NCBI GenBank assembly: GCA_965223345.1 | Contig: CBDCWG010000007.1 | Span: 128,001 to 192,000, forward strand | Source: Nitrospinales bacterium | GTDB lineage: Bacteria > Nitrospinota > Nitrospinia > Nitrospinales > VA-1 | Length of the DNA: 64,000 nt | Direction of reading: 5' to 3' | Shown: in pieces, positions 41,537 to 51,440 of the stretch | Layout of the letters: every line of letters begins with the position of its first letter | Numbering within the stretch: the stretch's first letter is position 1 | Notes under the pieces: model-generated | Seen by the model: the letters and a program-made list of their open reading frames with translations, nothing else | Told to the model about the DNA's origin: nothing | Databases searched by the model: none | Position numbers and translations under genes: made by a program

Positions 41537-41850
41537 TCGGTCGATTGATCCGTTGACATCAATAGTTGCTTGCTCGGCTTGAAGGACAGCACCCGCCGGG
41601 ATCGGATGAGTATGGGCTCGCCGGTTTTGGGGTTGCGAGCGTTGCGGGCTTTCTTTTCCTTCAGGTAGAAGCTGGCGAAGCCGGCGATGCGCACGTTTTC
41701 GCCGCGGGCCAGTTCCGATTTGATTTCGCCGAACAGAATCTCCACCGCTTCGATGGCCTCCTGGCGGGTGAATCCCACTTTCTGGTAGACCCGCTCCACC
41801 AGATCGGCCTTGACGACGGTGGTCCTTTCATCATCCAGTAGTTTTTTCAC
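41533..41850 (-). CDS. ihfA: Integration host factor alpha subunit
   Basis: [24 protein letters not shown]; followed by MerR gene; start ambiguous. Confidence 0.85.
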   Translation of the reverse strand: MKKLLDDERTTVVKADLVERVYQKVGFTRQEAIEAVEILFGEIKSELARGENVRIAGFASFYLKEKKARNARNPKTGEPILIRSRRVLSFKPSKQLLMSTDQSTE

Positions 41851-41946
41851 ATTCAATCCCTTGAACGTCGTTTTTGGAAACGGAGGCCCTTCGTCCAATC
41901 CGTTGGACGAAAACCCAGTGCCTCCGCGTTTTTGTCTAAAAATCGG

Positions 41947-44040
41947 TCATTCTTTTTCCTTTTCGTACTCTTTGTTCGCTTCCTCAATTATTTTTTTCGA
42001 AAGATGCTCGGGAACGTCGTCGTAATGGTCGAATTCCATCACGAACATGCCCCGGCCGCTGGTCATGGAGCGCAGATCCGCCACGTAATTCAGCACTTCC
42101 GACATGGGAATGTGGACGCGGATGGTCTGGGTGTCGCCCTCGGCGTCGATGCCCTGGATTTTTCCACGCTTGGAGTTGAGGTCGCCCATCACATCCCCCA
42201 CGTATTCGCCGGGAATGATGACCTCCATATTCATTATCGGCTCGAGCAGGATCGGTCTGCAATCCAGAACGCCTTTTTTGAACCCCAGTGAACCCGCGAT
42301 CTTGAACGCCATTTCCGAGGAATCCACGTCGTGGTAGGACCCGTCGTACAGCGACACCTTCACATCCACCATAGGATAATGGGCGATGACGCCCTGGGCC
42401 ATGGCCTCCTGAATGCCCTTGGCCACAGCGGGGATGTAGGTTTTGGGGATGGCGCCGCCGACGATCTTGTCCTCGAATTCGAAGCCCTTGCCTTTGGGCA
42501 GCGGCGAAATCTCCAGCCAGGTGTCGCCGAACTGGCCGCGCCCGCCGGTCTGTTTCTTGTATTTGCCCTGCACCTTGGTGCGGCCGCGGATCGTCTCCCG
42601 GTAGGGGACTTTCGGCGGCTTCACATCGACCTCCACGCTGAAGCGCTTTTTCATGCGGTCGATCAGCACTTCCAGGTGCACGGGCCCCATGCCGGAAATC
42701 AACAGTTCGTGGGTCTGGGCGTTGCGTTCCACCTTCAGGGTGGGGTCCTCTTCGGTCAGCCGGCTTAAGGCGTTGCTGATTTTCTCCTCATCGGCGCGGG
42801 TCTTGGGCACGATGGCCTGGGACAGCACGGGCACCGGGAACTGGATGGGATCGAACACGATGGGCTTGCCGGAATCGGAGAAGGTGTCGCCGGTTTCCGT
42901 GACTTTCAGTTTCGCCACGGCTCCCAGATCGCCGGCCGAGACCTCGGGCACCGGAACCTGCTTTTTGCCCTGCAGGAAAAAGATCTGGCCGACCCGCTCG
43001 TTGGTCTCTTTGGACGCATTGTAGACACTGCCGTCGCCCTTGATGGTGCCCGAAAAGACGCGAAACAGCGTCAGCTTGCCCGCATACGGGTCCGACAGGG
43101 TCTTGAACACCAGACTGGACATGGGCGCCGACGCGTCGTTCTCGCGGCTGGTCTCGGAGCCGTCTTTGGGGTTTTTTCCCGCAACGGCCTTGCGTTTGTC
43201 GGGTCCGGAGAGGTAATGGGTGATGGCGTTGAGCAACAGATCGATCCCCATGTTCTCGGTCGCCGAACCGCACAGCACGGGGATCAGCTCGCCGCTTTCG
43301 ATGCCGTTGCGCAAACCGGCGTTGAATTCCTCATCGGTGAGCTCGCCTTTTTCCAGATAGACCTCGATCAGCGTGTCGTCCACCTCGGCCACCGCTTCGG
43401 TGAGCTCGGCGCGGCTCATTTCCACATCGTCCTTCAGCTCGTCCGGAATCGGCCCGGCCTTGCCTTTGCCCTTGCCGCCCTTCTCGTAGGCGTAATACTT
43501 GTTCTCGACCAGATCGACGATGCCGGAGAAGGACTCCGCTGAACCCACGGGCATCTGCAGAAAAACCGGATTCTTTTTGAATTTCTTCTTGATGGCTTCC
43601 AGGATGTTCGCCACGTTGGCGCGCTCGTGGTCCATCTTGTTCAAAAACACCAGGCGGGAGAGGTTCTGCTCGTCGGCCCATTGCCAGACTTTTTCGGTGT
43701 AAAACTGCATGCCTTCGTCGGCGCCGATCACCACGACGGCTTCATCGATCACCCGGATGCAGGCGGGGGTGTCGGCGATGAAATTGTTGTCGCCGGGCGT
43801 GTCCAGCAGGTTGACCTTGTGCTTGTCCCAGTCACAGAACGCGAGGGAGGCGTTGATCGTGTGGCCGCGCTTCATTTCATCGGCGTCGTAATCCATGACG
43901 GAAGAGTTGTCGCCGACCACCCCCAGCCGGTCGGAAACCCCGGCGGTGTAGAGGATGGCTTCCGCGACGGACGTTTTTCCCGAAGCTCCGTGCCCAACGA
44001 GTCCCACATTTCTGATGTCCTGTAGATTGTATTGTTTCAT
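41947..44040 (-). CDS. Elongation factor G-like paralogue (EF-G2)
   Basis: GHGASGKT, DTPG, NKMD, KKQTGGRGQFG, DGSYHDVDSSEMAF; not in str operon. Confidence 0.92.
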   Translation of the reverse strand: MKQYNLQDIRNVGLVGHGASGKTSVAEAILYTAGVSDRLGVVGDNSSVMDYDADEMKRGHTINASLAFCDWDKHKVNLLDTPGDNNFIADTPACIRVIDEAVVVIGADEGMQFYTEKVWQWADEQNLSRLVFLNKMDHERANVANILEAIKKKFKKNPVFLQMPVGSAESFSGIVDLVENKYYAYEKGGKGKGKAGPIPDELKDDVEMSRAELTEAVAEVDDTLIEVYLEKGELTDEEFNAGLRNGIESGELIPVLCGSATENMGIDLLLNAITHYLSGPDKRKAVAGKNPKDGSETSRENDASAPMSSLVFKTLSDPYAGKLTLFRVFSGTIKGDGSVYNASKETNERVGQIFFLQGKKQVPVPEVSAGDLGAVAKLKVTETGDTFSDSGKPIVFDPIQFPVPVLSQAIVPKTRADEEKISNALSRLTEEDPTLKVERNAQTHELLISGMGPVHLEVLIDRMKKRFSVEVDVKPPKVPYRETIRGRTKVQGKYKKQTGGRGQFGDTWLEISPLPKGKGFEFEDKIVGGAIPKTYIPAVAKGIQEAMAQGVIAHYPMVDVKVSLYDGSYHDVDSSEMAFKIAGSLGFKKGVLDCRPILLEPIMNMEVIIPGEYVGDVMGDLNSKRGKIQGIDAEGDTQTIRVHIPMSEVLNYVADLRSMTSGRGMFVMEFDHYDDVPEHLSKKIIEEANKEYEKEKE

Positions 44041-44123
44041 CTCGAACCTCTGGGAAAATTAAAATCCTGCGATGCCGATCGACTCCCGAGCCGTGCGTGA
44101 CGACGCTGGTTTTGCGCTGCGGA

Positions 44124-46517
44124 TCAGGACATGTGATCCGCCAGTTTTTTCATTTTCTGATAGACCGTGCCCTCAAAAGAAGGAAACATCTTGAACACCC
44201 GCTTCATGCCCGCCGAATTCATGCGGATGGTGTACACATCGTCGGTGGCGGCCAGCGCGGTGACCGGGTGTTCCATATCGAGAAGGCTGCCCGCTTCGCC
44301 GACCACATCTCCCTGAGACAGGACCGCCTCTCTGGACTTCTGGTTTGTTATTTCGACCTGGCCGGAAAGAATGATGTGCGTTTCTTTCGCTCCGGCGTCT
44401 TCGGTCAAAATCCGATCGTCCTTGCTCCAATGCATGATCGTGCCGAATGCGAGGGAGGCGATGAGACTCGGAGGCATCACGTCGCAGAAGTAATTTCTTA
44501 TTTTGTAAAAGTTGTCCTGAATTTGCGGAAGATTATACACCTTATACAACCGACTGGGGATTTGAAGCAAGGTCAAAGGTGATTTTGCCCGGATGGTGGC
44601 GCGGCGTTTCGAATCGTCGGTGCTGACGGCGAGCTCGCCGAAAAACTCGCCTTTTTCGTAAAAGGCGTAGGGCTTGCCGTCGATGATGATCTCGGCGAAC
44701 CCGTCCAGGATGACAAAAAAATCGTCGCCCTCCTCGCCCTGGGAAAACACGATTTCGTCCGCCTGGTAGTTGACCACTTCGGATTCATTGAGGATATTCA
44801 GCACGTCCTCATCTTTAAGCCCTTTAAATAGATGAACTTGCTGCACAGCCTCCGTTTTTTCGGCAGGCAGTGCGGGCGGCTGCGGAATCAGGGTCAGGGT
44901 CTGTCCCTCGTGGGCATAGCGGTAGCGCGGGTGCGCTTCCGGGTCGTAATGCTGGTGCACCAGGATCAGGTTTTTCACCACGGAATCGTCCAGGTGATCC
45001 AGGGACTTGAGCTTGGTGTGGATGGTGCCGCCGCCGATGTCGTGGATGATGCAGTCCGCATCCCAGACAAAGCCTAAAATGGCGTCTCTGCGTTTTTCGG
45101 TGAAAAACCCCTGCTGGTACCATTCGTTCACTTTCTCCACATCGTACTTGGTGTCGCCGGAATGGCTGATGCGGGTCTCCCTGCCGGATGCGTCCTCATG
45201 GGTCAGCTGGAACCGGCCGGCCGGGATGGAATGCAGGGAGTAGTCGAAGGTGAACCAGGTGTTCTCGAATCCGGGGAGCCGGGTCTTTTTCTGTGGCTCG
45301 ACCTCATAAAAATCGACGAGCCGCTCCAACAGCTCGATGGGAAAACAGGTGACCGCCACCATCTTGCGCAGAAAACTCTCGAAGATGATGCGGGTCGAAA
45401 CGATTTTCATCCGCTGGCCGGAAAGCAGGATTTCGGCGATGCCGGTGTCGTGGTCGGAATGGACGTGGCTCAGGAAAATGTAGTGGATGTCGCCTTCGGA
45501 AATGCCGTACTGCAGGGCGAGCCGGAGGCTGTCGTGCAGGGAGTCCACCATGATGCCCTTGCCTTCCGACCAGGCGATGAGGCAACTGTTGCGCCTTTTG
45601 GGCGTGAAACCGGACCCCACCCCCAGAAAGGTCACGCCCATCTGCGGTTTTTCTATCAACTGGAACTCGGGCAGCGGCTCGGGCGGGTCCAGGTGGCTGA
45701 TGTCCACCCGGGCCACGGTTTCGTTTTTATACTCAATGTCGAACGCCGAAGGCCGGGCCTGCACGATTTTCATCTTCTGCCGCTTGTCTTGCCCTGCAAC
45801 GAGCACGCTGTGCTTGCGGTCGAATTCGACGAAATCGATCAGCTTGTCGAGAAACTTTTCCCGGTCCTTGTACTCCGCCAGCGAGAACAGCTCCATCTCC
45901 ATTTTCAGCTGCGCGCAGAGCAGGTAGTTTGCGGTCAACTCCTTTTCGAAGCGCGGCAGTTTCCGGTTTTTGAGCCAGCGGTGTTTTTTCAGGACCTCCG
46001 CAAGGTGGTCGCCGACGGCGCGCTCCACCTGTTTGTAGCCGGTCTGGTTTTTGAGATTTTTTTTGTACAGGTTGAACAGCTTGCGGTCGGAGGCGACGGC
46101 CTTTAAAAACGCGTCGAACCGTTCCTCGTCTTTGGCATTGAACTTCCGGCGCTGCCGGTATTTGTGAAACTGGGCACTCAACAGTTCGACGAAGCGGGGG
46201 CCGAACAGGGTTTCATAGAGAATGGACTGGAAGCGTTTTTTCTGATCGCGCGTGCAATAGACGGAAATTTTTTCTTTCTGCGCTTTTTCGAACAGAAAGC
46301 TGTAGATGATGAACTCGAAATCGAAGTTGTTCCTGCCGCGGATGAAGGTGCGTATGGGAATCACGTAGTGCTTCGGCAGCGGCTCGCCGCGCGCGGCGAA
46401 ATCCTTCACCATGCCGGGCGGACAGCCGAACACGATGCTTTCGAAGCCCTCCGCTTTCAGAACCCGGTAGTTGTGTCCCTTGAAAACTGTGAACGTTTTT
46501 TTTGCTGGGTTCTTCAT
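44124..46517 (-). CDS. Metallo-beta-lactamase-fold hydrolase with two C-terminal cNMP-binding domains
   Basis: SHVHSDH, HSIP, SGDT, LVHQH; GEFFGELA..RRATIRA and GDVVGEAG..VTALA. Confidence 0.82.
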   Translation of the reverse strand: MKNPAKKTFTVFKGHNYRVLKAEGFESIVFGCPPGMVKDFAARGEPLPKHYVIPIRTFIRGRNNFDFEFIIYSFLFEKAQKEKISVYCTRDQKKRFQSILYETLFGPRFVELLSAQFHKYRQRRKFNAKDEERFDAFLKAVASDRKLFNLYKKNLKNQTGYKQVERAVGDHLAEVLKKHRWLKNRKLPRFEKELTANYLLCAQLKMEMELFSLAEYKDREKFLDKLIDFVEFDRKHSVLVAGQDKRQKMKIVQARPSAFDIEYKNETVARVDISHLDPPEPLPEFQLIEKPQMGVTFLGVGSGFTPKRRNSCLIAWSEGKGIMVDSLHDSLRLALQYGISEGDIHYIFLSHVHSDHDTGIAEILLSGQRMKIVSTRIIFESFLRKMVAVTCFPIELLERLVDFYEVEPQKKTRLPGFENTWFTFDYSLHSIPAGRFQLTHEDASGRETRISHSGDTKYDVEKVNEWYQQGFFTEKRRDAILGFVWDADCIIHDIGGGTIHTKLKSLDHLDDSVVKNLILVHQHYDPEAHPRYRYAHEGQTLTLIPQPPALPAEKTEAVQQVHLFKGLKDEDVLNILNESEVVNYQADEIVFSQGEEGDDFFVILDGFAEIIIDGKPYAFYEKGEFFGELAVSTDDSKRRATIRAKSPLTLLQIPSRLYKVYNLPQIQDNFYKIRNYFCDVMPPSLIASLAFGTIMHWSKDDRILTEDAGAKETHIILSGQVEITNQKSREAVLSQGDVVGEAGSLLDMEHPVTALAATDDVYTIRMNSAGMKRVFKMFPSFEGTVYQKMKKLADHMS

Positions 46518-46518
46518 C

Positions 46519-47841
46519 TCAATCCCCCTCGTCTCGGGCTGTGAACAGAAGCCGGAGGGGGGTCCCGGAAAAACCAAAATCCTTTCTCAAACTGTTGGCG
46601 AGATACCTGCGGTAGGAAAAATGCACTCCCTTGGGGTAGTTGACGAAACAGCGGAACGTGGGCGGCCGGCTCTTGACCTGCGTGGTGTAGAACAGTTTCA
46701 AAAACTTTCCCCGGTAGCTGCTCATGGGATTTTTGCGGATGGCGCGCTCGAAACAGTCGTTCAAACGTCCGGTGGATATGCTGCGTGAATACTCCTTGTA
46801 GGCTTTTTCGACGGCCGGAAGCAGCTTTTCCAGGCCGCGGCCTGTTTTGGCGGAAACCGAAACCACCGGAGCGAATTCGAGAAACTTCAGTTTGTCCCGC
46901 ACCCGCTCGACGAATTCCGGGTAGGCTTTTCTGGGTTCCTGCATCAGATCCCACTTGTTCGCGGCGAGCACGCAGCCCCGCCCCTTGTCGTATGCGTAGC
47001 CGGCGATGGTCGCGTCCTGCTCGGTCACGCCTTCGCTGGCGTCCAGAACGAGCACGGCGATGTCGCACCGGTCCAGCGCCTTGAGCGCCATGATCACGCT
47101 GAACTTCTCCAGCAGATCGCGGGTCTTGCCTTTTCGGCGGATCCCGGCGGTGTCGATCAGCACGTATTCCCGGCCGTTGAACGTCAAGCGCGAGTCCACC
47201 GCGTCCCGCGTGGTGCCGGGCTTAGGGGACACGATGCAGCGCTCCGAATTCAACAGTTTGTTGACGATGGATGATTTTCCGGCGTTGGGCTTGCCGACGA
47301 TCGCCACGCGGATCGCATCCTGCGATTCGGGCTCGTCTTCCTGCTCCGGCATCCCCGCCACGAGGGCTTCCATCAATTCGAGGATGCCGTGCCCGTGTTC
47401 CGCCGAAATGGGAAACACGTTGTCCGATCCCATCTGATAAAACTCGTACAGATCGGTTTCCCTGCCGGGATGATCCACTTTGTTCACAGCCACGTAAAGC
47501 GGTTTCCCGGATTTTCGCACCAGCTGGATCACCTCCCGGTCCTGGGGGGTGCAGCCGATCTTTGAATCCACCACGAATACGATGCAGTCCGCTTCTTCCT
47601 GGGCGATGCGGGCCTGCTCTTTGACCTGATCGTCCAGATCCCCCGTCTGGTCGAAATCGATGCCGCCGGTGTCCACCAGAATGACCGGACGCCCGCTCCA
47701 TTCGGTGCGTTCGTACAGGCGGTCGCGTGTCACGCCGGGCGTGTCGTTGACGATGGCGGAGCGATTCTGCGTCAGTTTGTTGAAAAGCGTGGATTTACCG
47801 ACGTTGGCTCTGCCAATGATGACGACGACCGGAACCGGCAT
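46519..47841 (-). CDS. der: Ribosome biogenesis GTPase Der
   Basis: Two G domains (GRANVGKS, GKPNAGKS), KH-like tail FSGTPLRL. Confidence 0.96.
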   Translation of the reverse strand: MPVPVVVIIGRANVGKSTLFNKLTQNRSAIVNDTPGVTRDRLYERTEWSGRPVILVDTGGIDFDQTGDLDDQVKEQARIAQEEADCIVFVVDSKIGCTPQDREVIQLVRKSGKPLYVAVNKVDHPGRETDLYEFYQMGSDNVFPISAEHGHGILELMEALVAGMPEQEDEPESQDAIRVAIVGKPNAGKSSIVNKLLNSERCIVSPKPGTTRDAVDSRLTFNGREYVLIDTAGIRRKGKTRDLLEKFSVIMALKALDRCDIAVLVLDASEGVTEQDATIAGYAYDKGRGCVLAANKWDLMQEPRKAYPEFVERVRDKLKFLEFAPVVSVSAKTGRGLEKLLPAVEKAYKEYSRSISTGRLNDCFERAIRKNPMSSYRGKFLKLFYTTQVKSRPPTFRCFVNYPKGVHFSYRRYLANSLRKDFGFSGTPLRLLFTARDEGD

Positions 47842-47856
47842 GTTGTGTGCACCTCA

Positions 47857-49569
47857 TTAAATCGTCGGCCCTCTGTCCTTCATGTACTGATGAATTCCCT
47901 GGGCTATGGACGAAGCCAGCCGGTTGAGATAATCCGTTGATTTCAGTCTTTTCTCTTCGCGCGGATTGGTGACGAACCCGACTTCCACCAGAATGCTGGG
48001 CATATTGGTGTCGTGCAGAACGAAAAACGGTCCTTCCTTGACGCCCAGATCCCGCACACCGCGGTATTTCTTTTTCATGGCCGAGTGCATGCGCTCCTGC
48101 ACCCGCCCGGCAAGCTGCGCCGAATCGTTGATCTTGGTGGTGCTGATGAGGCTCGCCAGGATCTGCTGCACCTGATCGTCCTGCACCGAGCGCACCAGTT
48201 CGCCGTTTTCACGCGCAGCGGTTTCCTGGGCCTGGGCGCTGTTGGCGACCCCCAGATAATAGGTCTCGATGCCGTGGGCGGAACGGCGCTCCGCGGCGTT
48301 GGCGTGGATGGAGACGAACAGCTTGGCGTGGTTCTCGTTGGCGATCTCCCCTCTTCTCTCAAGCGAGATGAACGTGTCATCGGTGCGCGTCAGAAGCACC
48401 TTGTAGCCGTAGCGTTTTTCCAGAATCCGCTGGAGCCGCTTGCTGATCTTGAGGTTCACGTCTTTTTCATGCAGTCCGCTTTTTCCCTGCGCTCCCAGGT
48501 CTTTGCCGCCGTGTCCCGGGTCGAGAACGATCAGCGCCGGTCCCTTTTTCACCGGCCGCTTGGCAACCGGAGGCACCGCTGCCGGCACCGCTTTGACGAT
48601 GCGGGTCCGCGCCAGCTTGGGTTTGGGGCTGGGCTTGATTTTTTTGGCGTACTGGATGGTTTTCGGCCGGGGCTTTTTCAGGCTGATGACCACCTGGGAG
48701 ACGCCGCTCTGGGCGGTCACCTCAACGCCTTTGGCCGAAGGCAGATCCATCACCAGGCGGCTGGTGTTCTTGTCGAACTGGCTCAAGCGCAGCTTCGAGA
48801 GGATGTCCCCAGGCACGGCGATTTCCTGATCCAGGCGCTCGTCCAGCCGGGAATTCTTGAAATTAAAATAGATGCGGTCCGGGTTGTGCAGCCGGTTCTG
48901 CGCGATTTGCAGCGGACCGTCGGTATCAATCACCACGCGCACGGTGTCGTCCAGCGTCACGTAGTGGATATTCTTCAACGTCCTGAGCGCCGCCGTTTTC
49001 GCGGTCTGCTTGCGGATTTCGATGCGGGAGGCAACCTTGGGCGGCGCGAGCCGGGCGGTGCGCTGCAACTCCTCCTTCGCCTTGCGGGCCTGATCCCCTT
49101 CGGGGAAATATTTCAATATCTTTTCAAACGAAGCGCGCGCTTCCGCGATCTGTTTTTTGCTTTTGAGGATCTGCCCCTGATGGAACAGGGCGTCGTCGGT
49201 CAGGCGGCCGTCCTTGAATTCGGAGATGACCTTGTAATAGAAATGCAGGGCCTGATCGCGGTCGGAGGTTCGTTTGGCGACCTGATACAGTTCGTGATAC
49301 AGCCGGGCAGTGGTGAACAGCGCGTTGTAGGCGGAAACACTCGCGGGCTCGGCTTTGTAAACCTTTAAAAACCGGTCGATGCACTGGATCCAGTGATCCC
49401 GGTACGCCTGTTTGGCGGAGGAGCCCTTCAGCTCGTAGTAACACTTCTGCGCCTTGGCGTACAACGGCGAGTCGGTCTTGCCGGCGTGGGCCTTTGCAAG
49501 CGGGAATAACGCAACGATAAATAAGAAGGCGAGGACCGAAACGAAGTTTTTTGTTTCGCGAAAGAACAT
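47857..49569 (-). CDS. N-acetylmuramoyl-L-alanine amidase with TPR and AMIN domains
   Basis: LDPGHGGKD, EKDVNL, SIHANA, ILVEVGF; signal peptide. Confidence 0.93.
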   Translation of the reverse strand: MFFRETKNFVSVLAFLFIVALFPLAKAHAGKTDSPLYAKAQKCYYELKGSSAKQAYRDHWIQCIDRFLKVYKAEPASVSAYNALFTTARLYHELYQVAKRTSDRDQALHFYYKVISEFKDGRLTDDALFHQGQILKSKKQIAEARASFEKILKYFPEGDQARKAKEELQRTARLAPPKVASRIEIRKQTAKTAALRTLKNIHYVTLDDTVRVVIDTDGPLQIAQNRLHNPDRIYFNFKNSRLDERLDQEIAVPGDILSKLRLSQFDKNTSRLVMDLPSAKGVEVTAQSGVSQVVISLKKPRPKTIQYAKKIKPSPKPKLARTRIVKAVPAAVPPVAKRPVKKGPALIVLDPGHGGKDLGAQGKSGLHEKDVNLKISKRLQRILEKRYGYKVLLTRTDDTFISLERRGEIANENHAKLFVSIHANAAERRSAHGIETYYLGVANSAQAQETAARENGELVRSVQDDQVQQILASLISTTKINDSAQLAGRVQERMHSAMKKKYRGVRDLGVKEGPFFVLHDTNMPSILVEVGFVTNPREEKRLKSTDYLNRLASSIAQGIHQYMKDRGPTI

Positions 49570-49690
49570 TCAGATCGACCGGACGACGGTTAAAAGTGGT
49601 GCGGGGATAATGCGTAGCTTTAATTAGATTAAAATTTCCATAAAAATTGACAGGTTATACCATAACCAATTAATTTTATTATGGTTTTAA

Positions 49691-49719
49691 ATAGTATCAT
49701 TTTTTAAAAATAGCGTCAA
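49691..49719 (-). promoter_or_regulatory. Sigma70 promoter of amidase-der operon
   Basis: Minus strand TTGACG-N17-TACTAT with extended TGn. Confidence 0.65.
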
Positions 49720-49747
49720 GACGGTGAAGGGCAACGAATCAAGGAAG

Positions 49748-50476
49748 TTACCAGCCTTCCTGCAGGCGGTCGGCGAGCGCGGAAGGCAGGCCGTTGTCGA
49801 GGATCTTTTTGCCGGCGGATTCGATGTCGTAGCTGTAACGGTGATAGTGCAGCGTTTTGACATTCCGGTCGAGCACGACGAAGCAGGGATCGGGGTTGTG
49901 GTCTCGCGGCTGGCCCAGGCTCCCCACGTTGACGATGTAGCGGTGCCCGTCCTCCAGATCCCAAACGTCGGAAACATAGTCCTCTATGGAACCATCGGGG
50001 GCCTCATCGAGGATCACCGGCTGGTGCGAATGGCCGAGAAAACACAGGGGAGCGGTGAAATGGTCGAAATGCATCCGGCCGTCCGAGCGGGAGGTGACGT
50101 AGTGCCAGGATTCGGGCTCGAACGGGGAGGAATGCACCCAGTGGATGCCGTCTTCCTGCAGCTCACAGGGCAGAGACTTTAAAAAACGGATGTTTTTGTC
50201 GGAAAGCTGCTCGCGGGTCCACAGGCAGGACTGATACGCCCAGGAATTGAAATAGGCGGTGTCGGTTCGTTGCACGGCGGCGTAATCGTGGTTGCCGCCC
50301 AGCACGATGTCGGCGCGTTGCCGCACCCAGTCGAGGCAGGCATTGGGGTCGGCGCCGTAGCCGACGGTGTCGCCGAGGCAGACGATTTTGTCGTGCGGGA
50401 TGGCGGCGATCTGTTGTTCGAAAGCGCGCAGGGATTCGAGGTTGCTGTGCAGGTCGGAAAAAATGATGTAGCGCAT
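49748..50476 (-). CDS. Metallophosphoesterase (calcineurin-like)
   Basis: SDLHSN, LGDTVGYG, GNHD, GHSH, NVGSLGQPRD. Confidence 0.93.
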   Translation of the reverse strand: MRYIIFSDLHSNLESLRAFEQQIAAIPHDKIVCLGDTVGYGADPNACLDWVRQRADIVLGGNHDYAAVQRTDTAYFNSWAYQSCLWTREQLSDKNIRFLKSLPCELQEDGIHWVHSSPFEPESWHYVTSRSDGRMHFDHFTAPLCFLGHSHQPVILDEAPDGSIEDYVSDVWDLEDGHRYIVNVGSLGQPRDHNPDPCFVVLDRNVKTLHYHRYSYDIESAGKKILDNGLPSALADRLQEGW

Positions 50477-50520
50477 TCAGGCACCCGAGCGCAGGGGGGG
50501 TAAAACCGGATGGACCGCCC

Positions 50521-50946
50521 TCACCCCACCGAGGGCTGAGGCAGGTCCAGCTCCTTGTACACCTTGTCGAGAATCCCGTTGATGAAATCCGGCGATTCCT
50601 CGCTGCCGTATTTCTTGGCGATTTCCACGGCCTCGTTGATGGCCACCTTGGGCGGGATGGACCGGTCGTGGATAAGCTCGCAGACCCCGAGACGCAGGAT
50701 GTTGCGGTCGATCACGGTCATGCGGTCGAGCGTCCAGTGCTCGCTGTACTTTTGCAGCAGCGTGTCGATCTCCTCCTTGTGGCTGAGGACCTTTTCCACC
50801 AGCTCCTGCATGAAGCCTTTGACCTCCTCGCCGCCGGTGAGGCGCTCGCCGAACTGCTGCATCTGCTCCTCGAATTCCCCGCCGTTGAACTCAAACTGGT
50901 AGAGGAACTTCAGCGCCTGTTCTCGCGAGGATCGTCGTTTTCCCAT
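50521..50946 (-). CDS. nusB: Transcription antitermination factor
   Basis: RRSSREQA, DRNILRL, INEAVEIAKKYG, FINGILD. Confidence 0.96.
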   Translation of the reverse strand: MGKRRSSREQALKFLYQFEFNGGEFEEQMQQFGERLTGGEEVKGFMQELVEKVLSHKEEIDTLLQKYSEHWTLDRMTVIDRNILRLGVCELIHDRSIPPKVAINEAVEIAKKYGSEESPDFINGILDKVYKELDLPQPSVG

Positions 50947-50956
50947 CGGGATCCGC

Positions 50957-51421
50957 CTAAATCTTTTTGTACAGGTTGACCATCTCGATCGCGGCGAGGG
51001 CGGTTTCCCAGCCCTTGTTGCCGCCCTTGGAGCCGGCGCGCTCGATGGCCTGTTCCAGGTTGTCGGTGGTGAGGATGCCGAACAGGACCGGGATCGAAGC
51101 CTGCATCGCCAGCGCGCCCACGCCTTTGCTGGCCTCGGCGGCGACGTAGTTGAAATGCGGCGTCGCGCCGCGGATCACCGCGCCCAGGCAAAGCAGCGCA
51201 TCGTATTTGTTCTGCGCGATCAGTTTTTTCGCGGTCATGGGAATTTCAAACGCGCCGGGAACGTGCACAACATCGATGTCCTTCGCATCCGCGCCGTGAC
51301 GCACCAGGGCGTCCACCGCCCCGTCGGTGAGCCGGCCGGTGATGAAGTCGTTGAACCGGCTGACGACGATGCCGAATTTGCATCCCTTAGCGTCGAGTTC
51401 CCCCTGTATCGTGTTGACCAT
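50957..51421 (-). CDS. ribH: 6,7-dimethyl-8-ribityllumazine synthase
   Basis: [27 protein letters not shown]. Confidence 0.97.
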   Translation of the reverse strand: MVNTIQGELDAKGCKFGIVVSRFNDFITGRLTDGAVDALVRHGADAKDIDVVHVPGAFEIPMTAKKLIAQNKYDALLCLGAVIRGATPHFNYVAAEASKGVGALAMQASIPVLFGILTTDNLEQAIERAGSKGGNKGWETALAAIEMVNLYKKI

Positions 51422-51440
51422 GCTGTGTGCCCAGAATATC

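Noticed and set aside
49595..49692. dif-like or oriC-like AT-rich sequence
   Set aside because: XerC- and XerD-like half-sites are not 6 bp apart and there is no DnaA-box cluster
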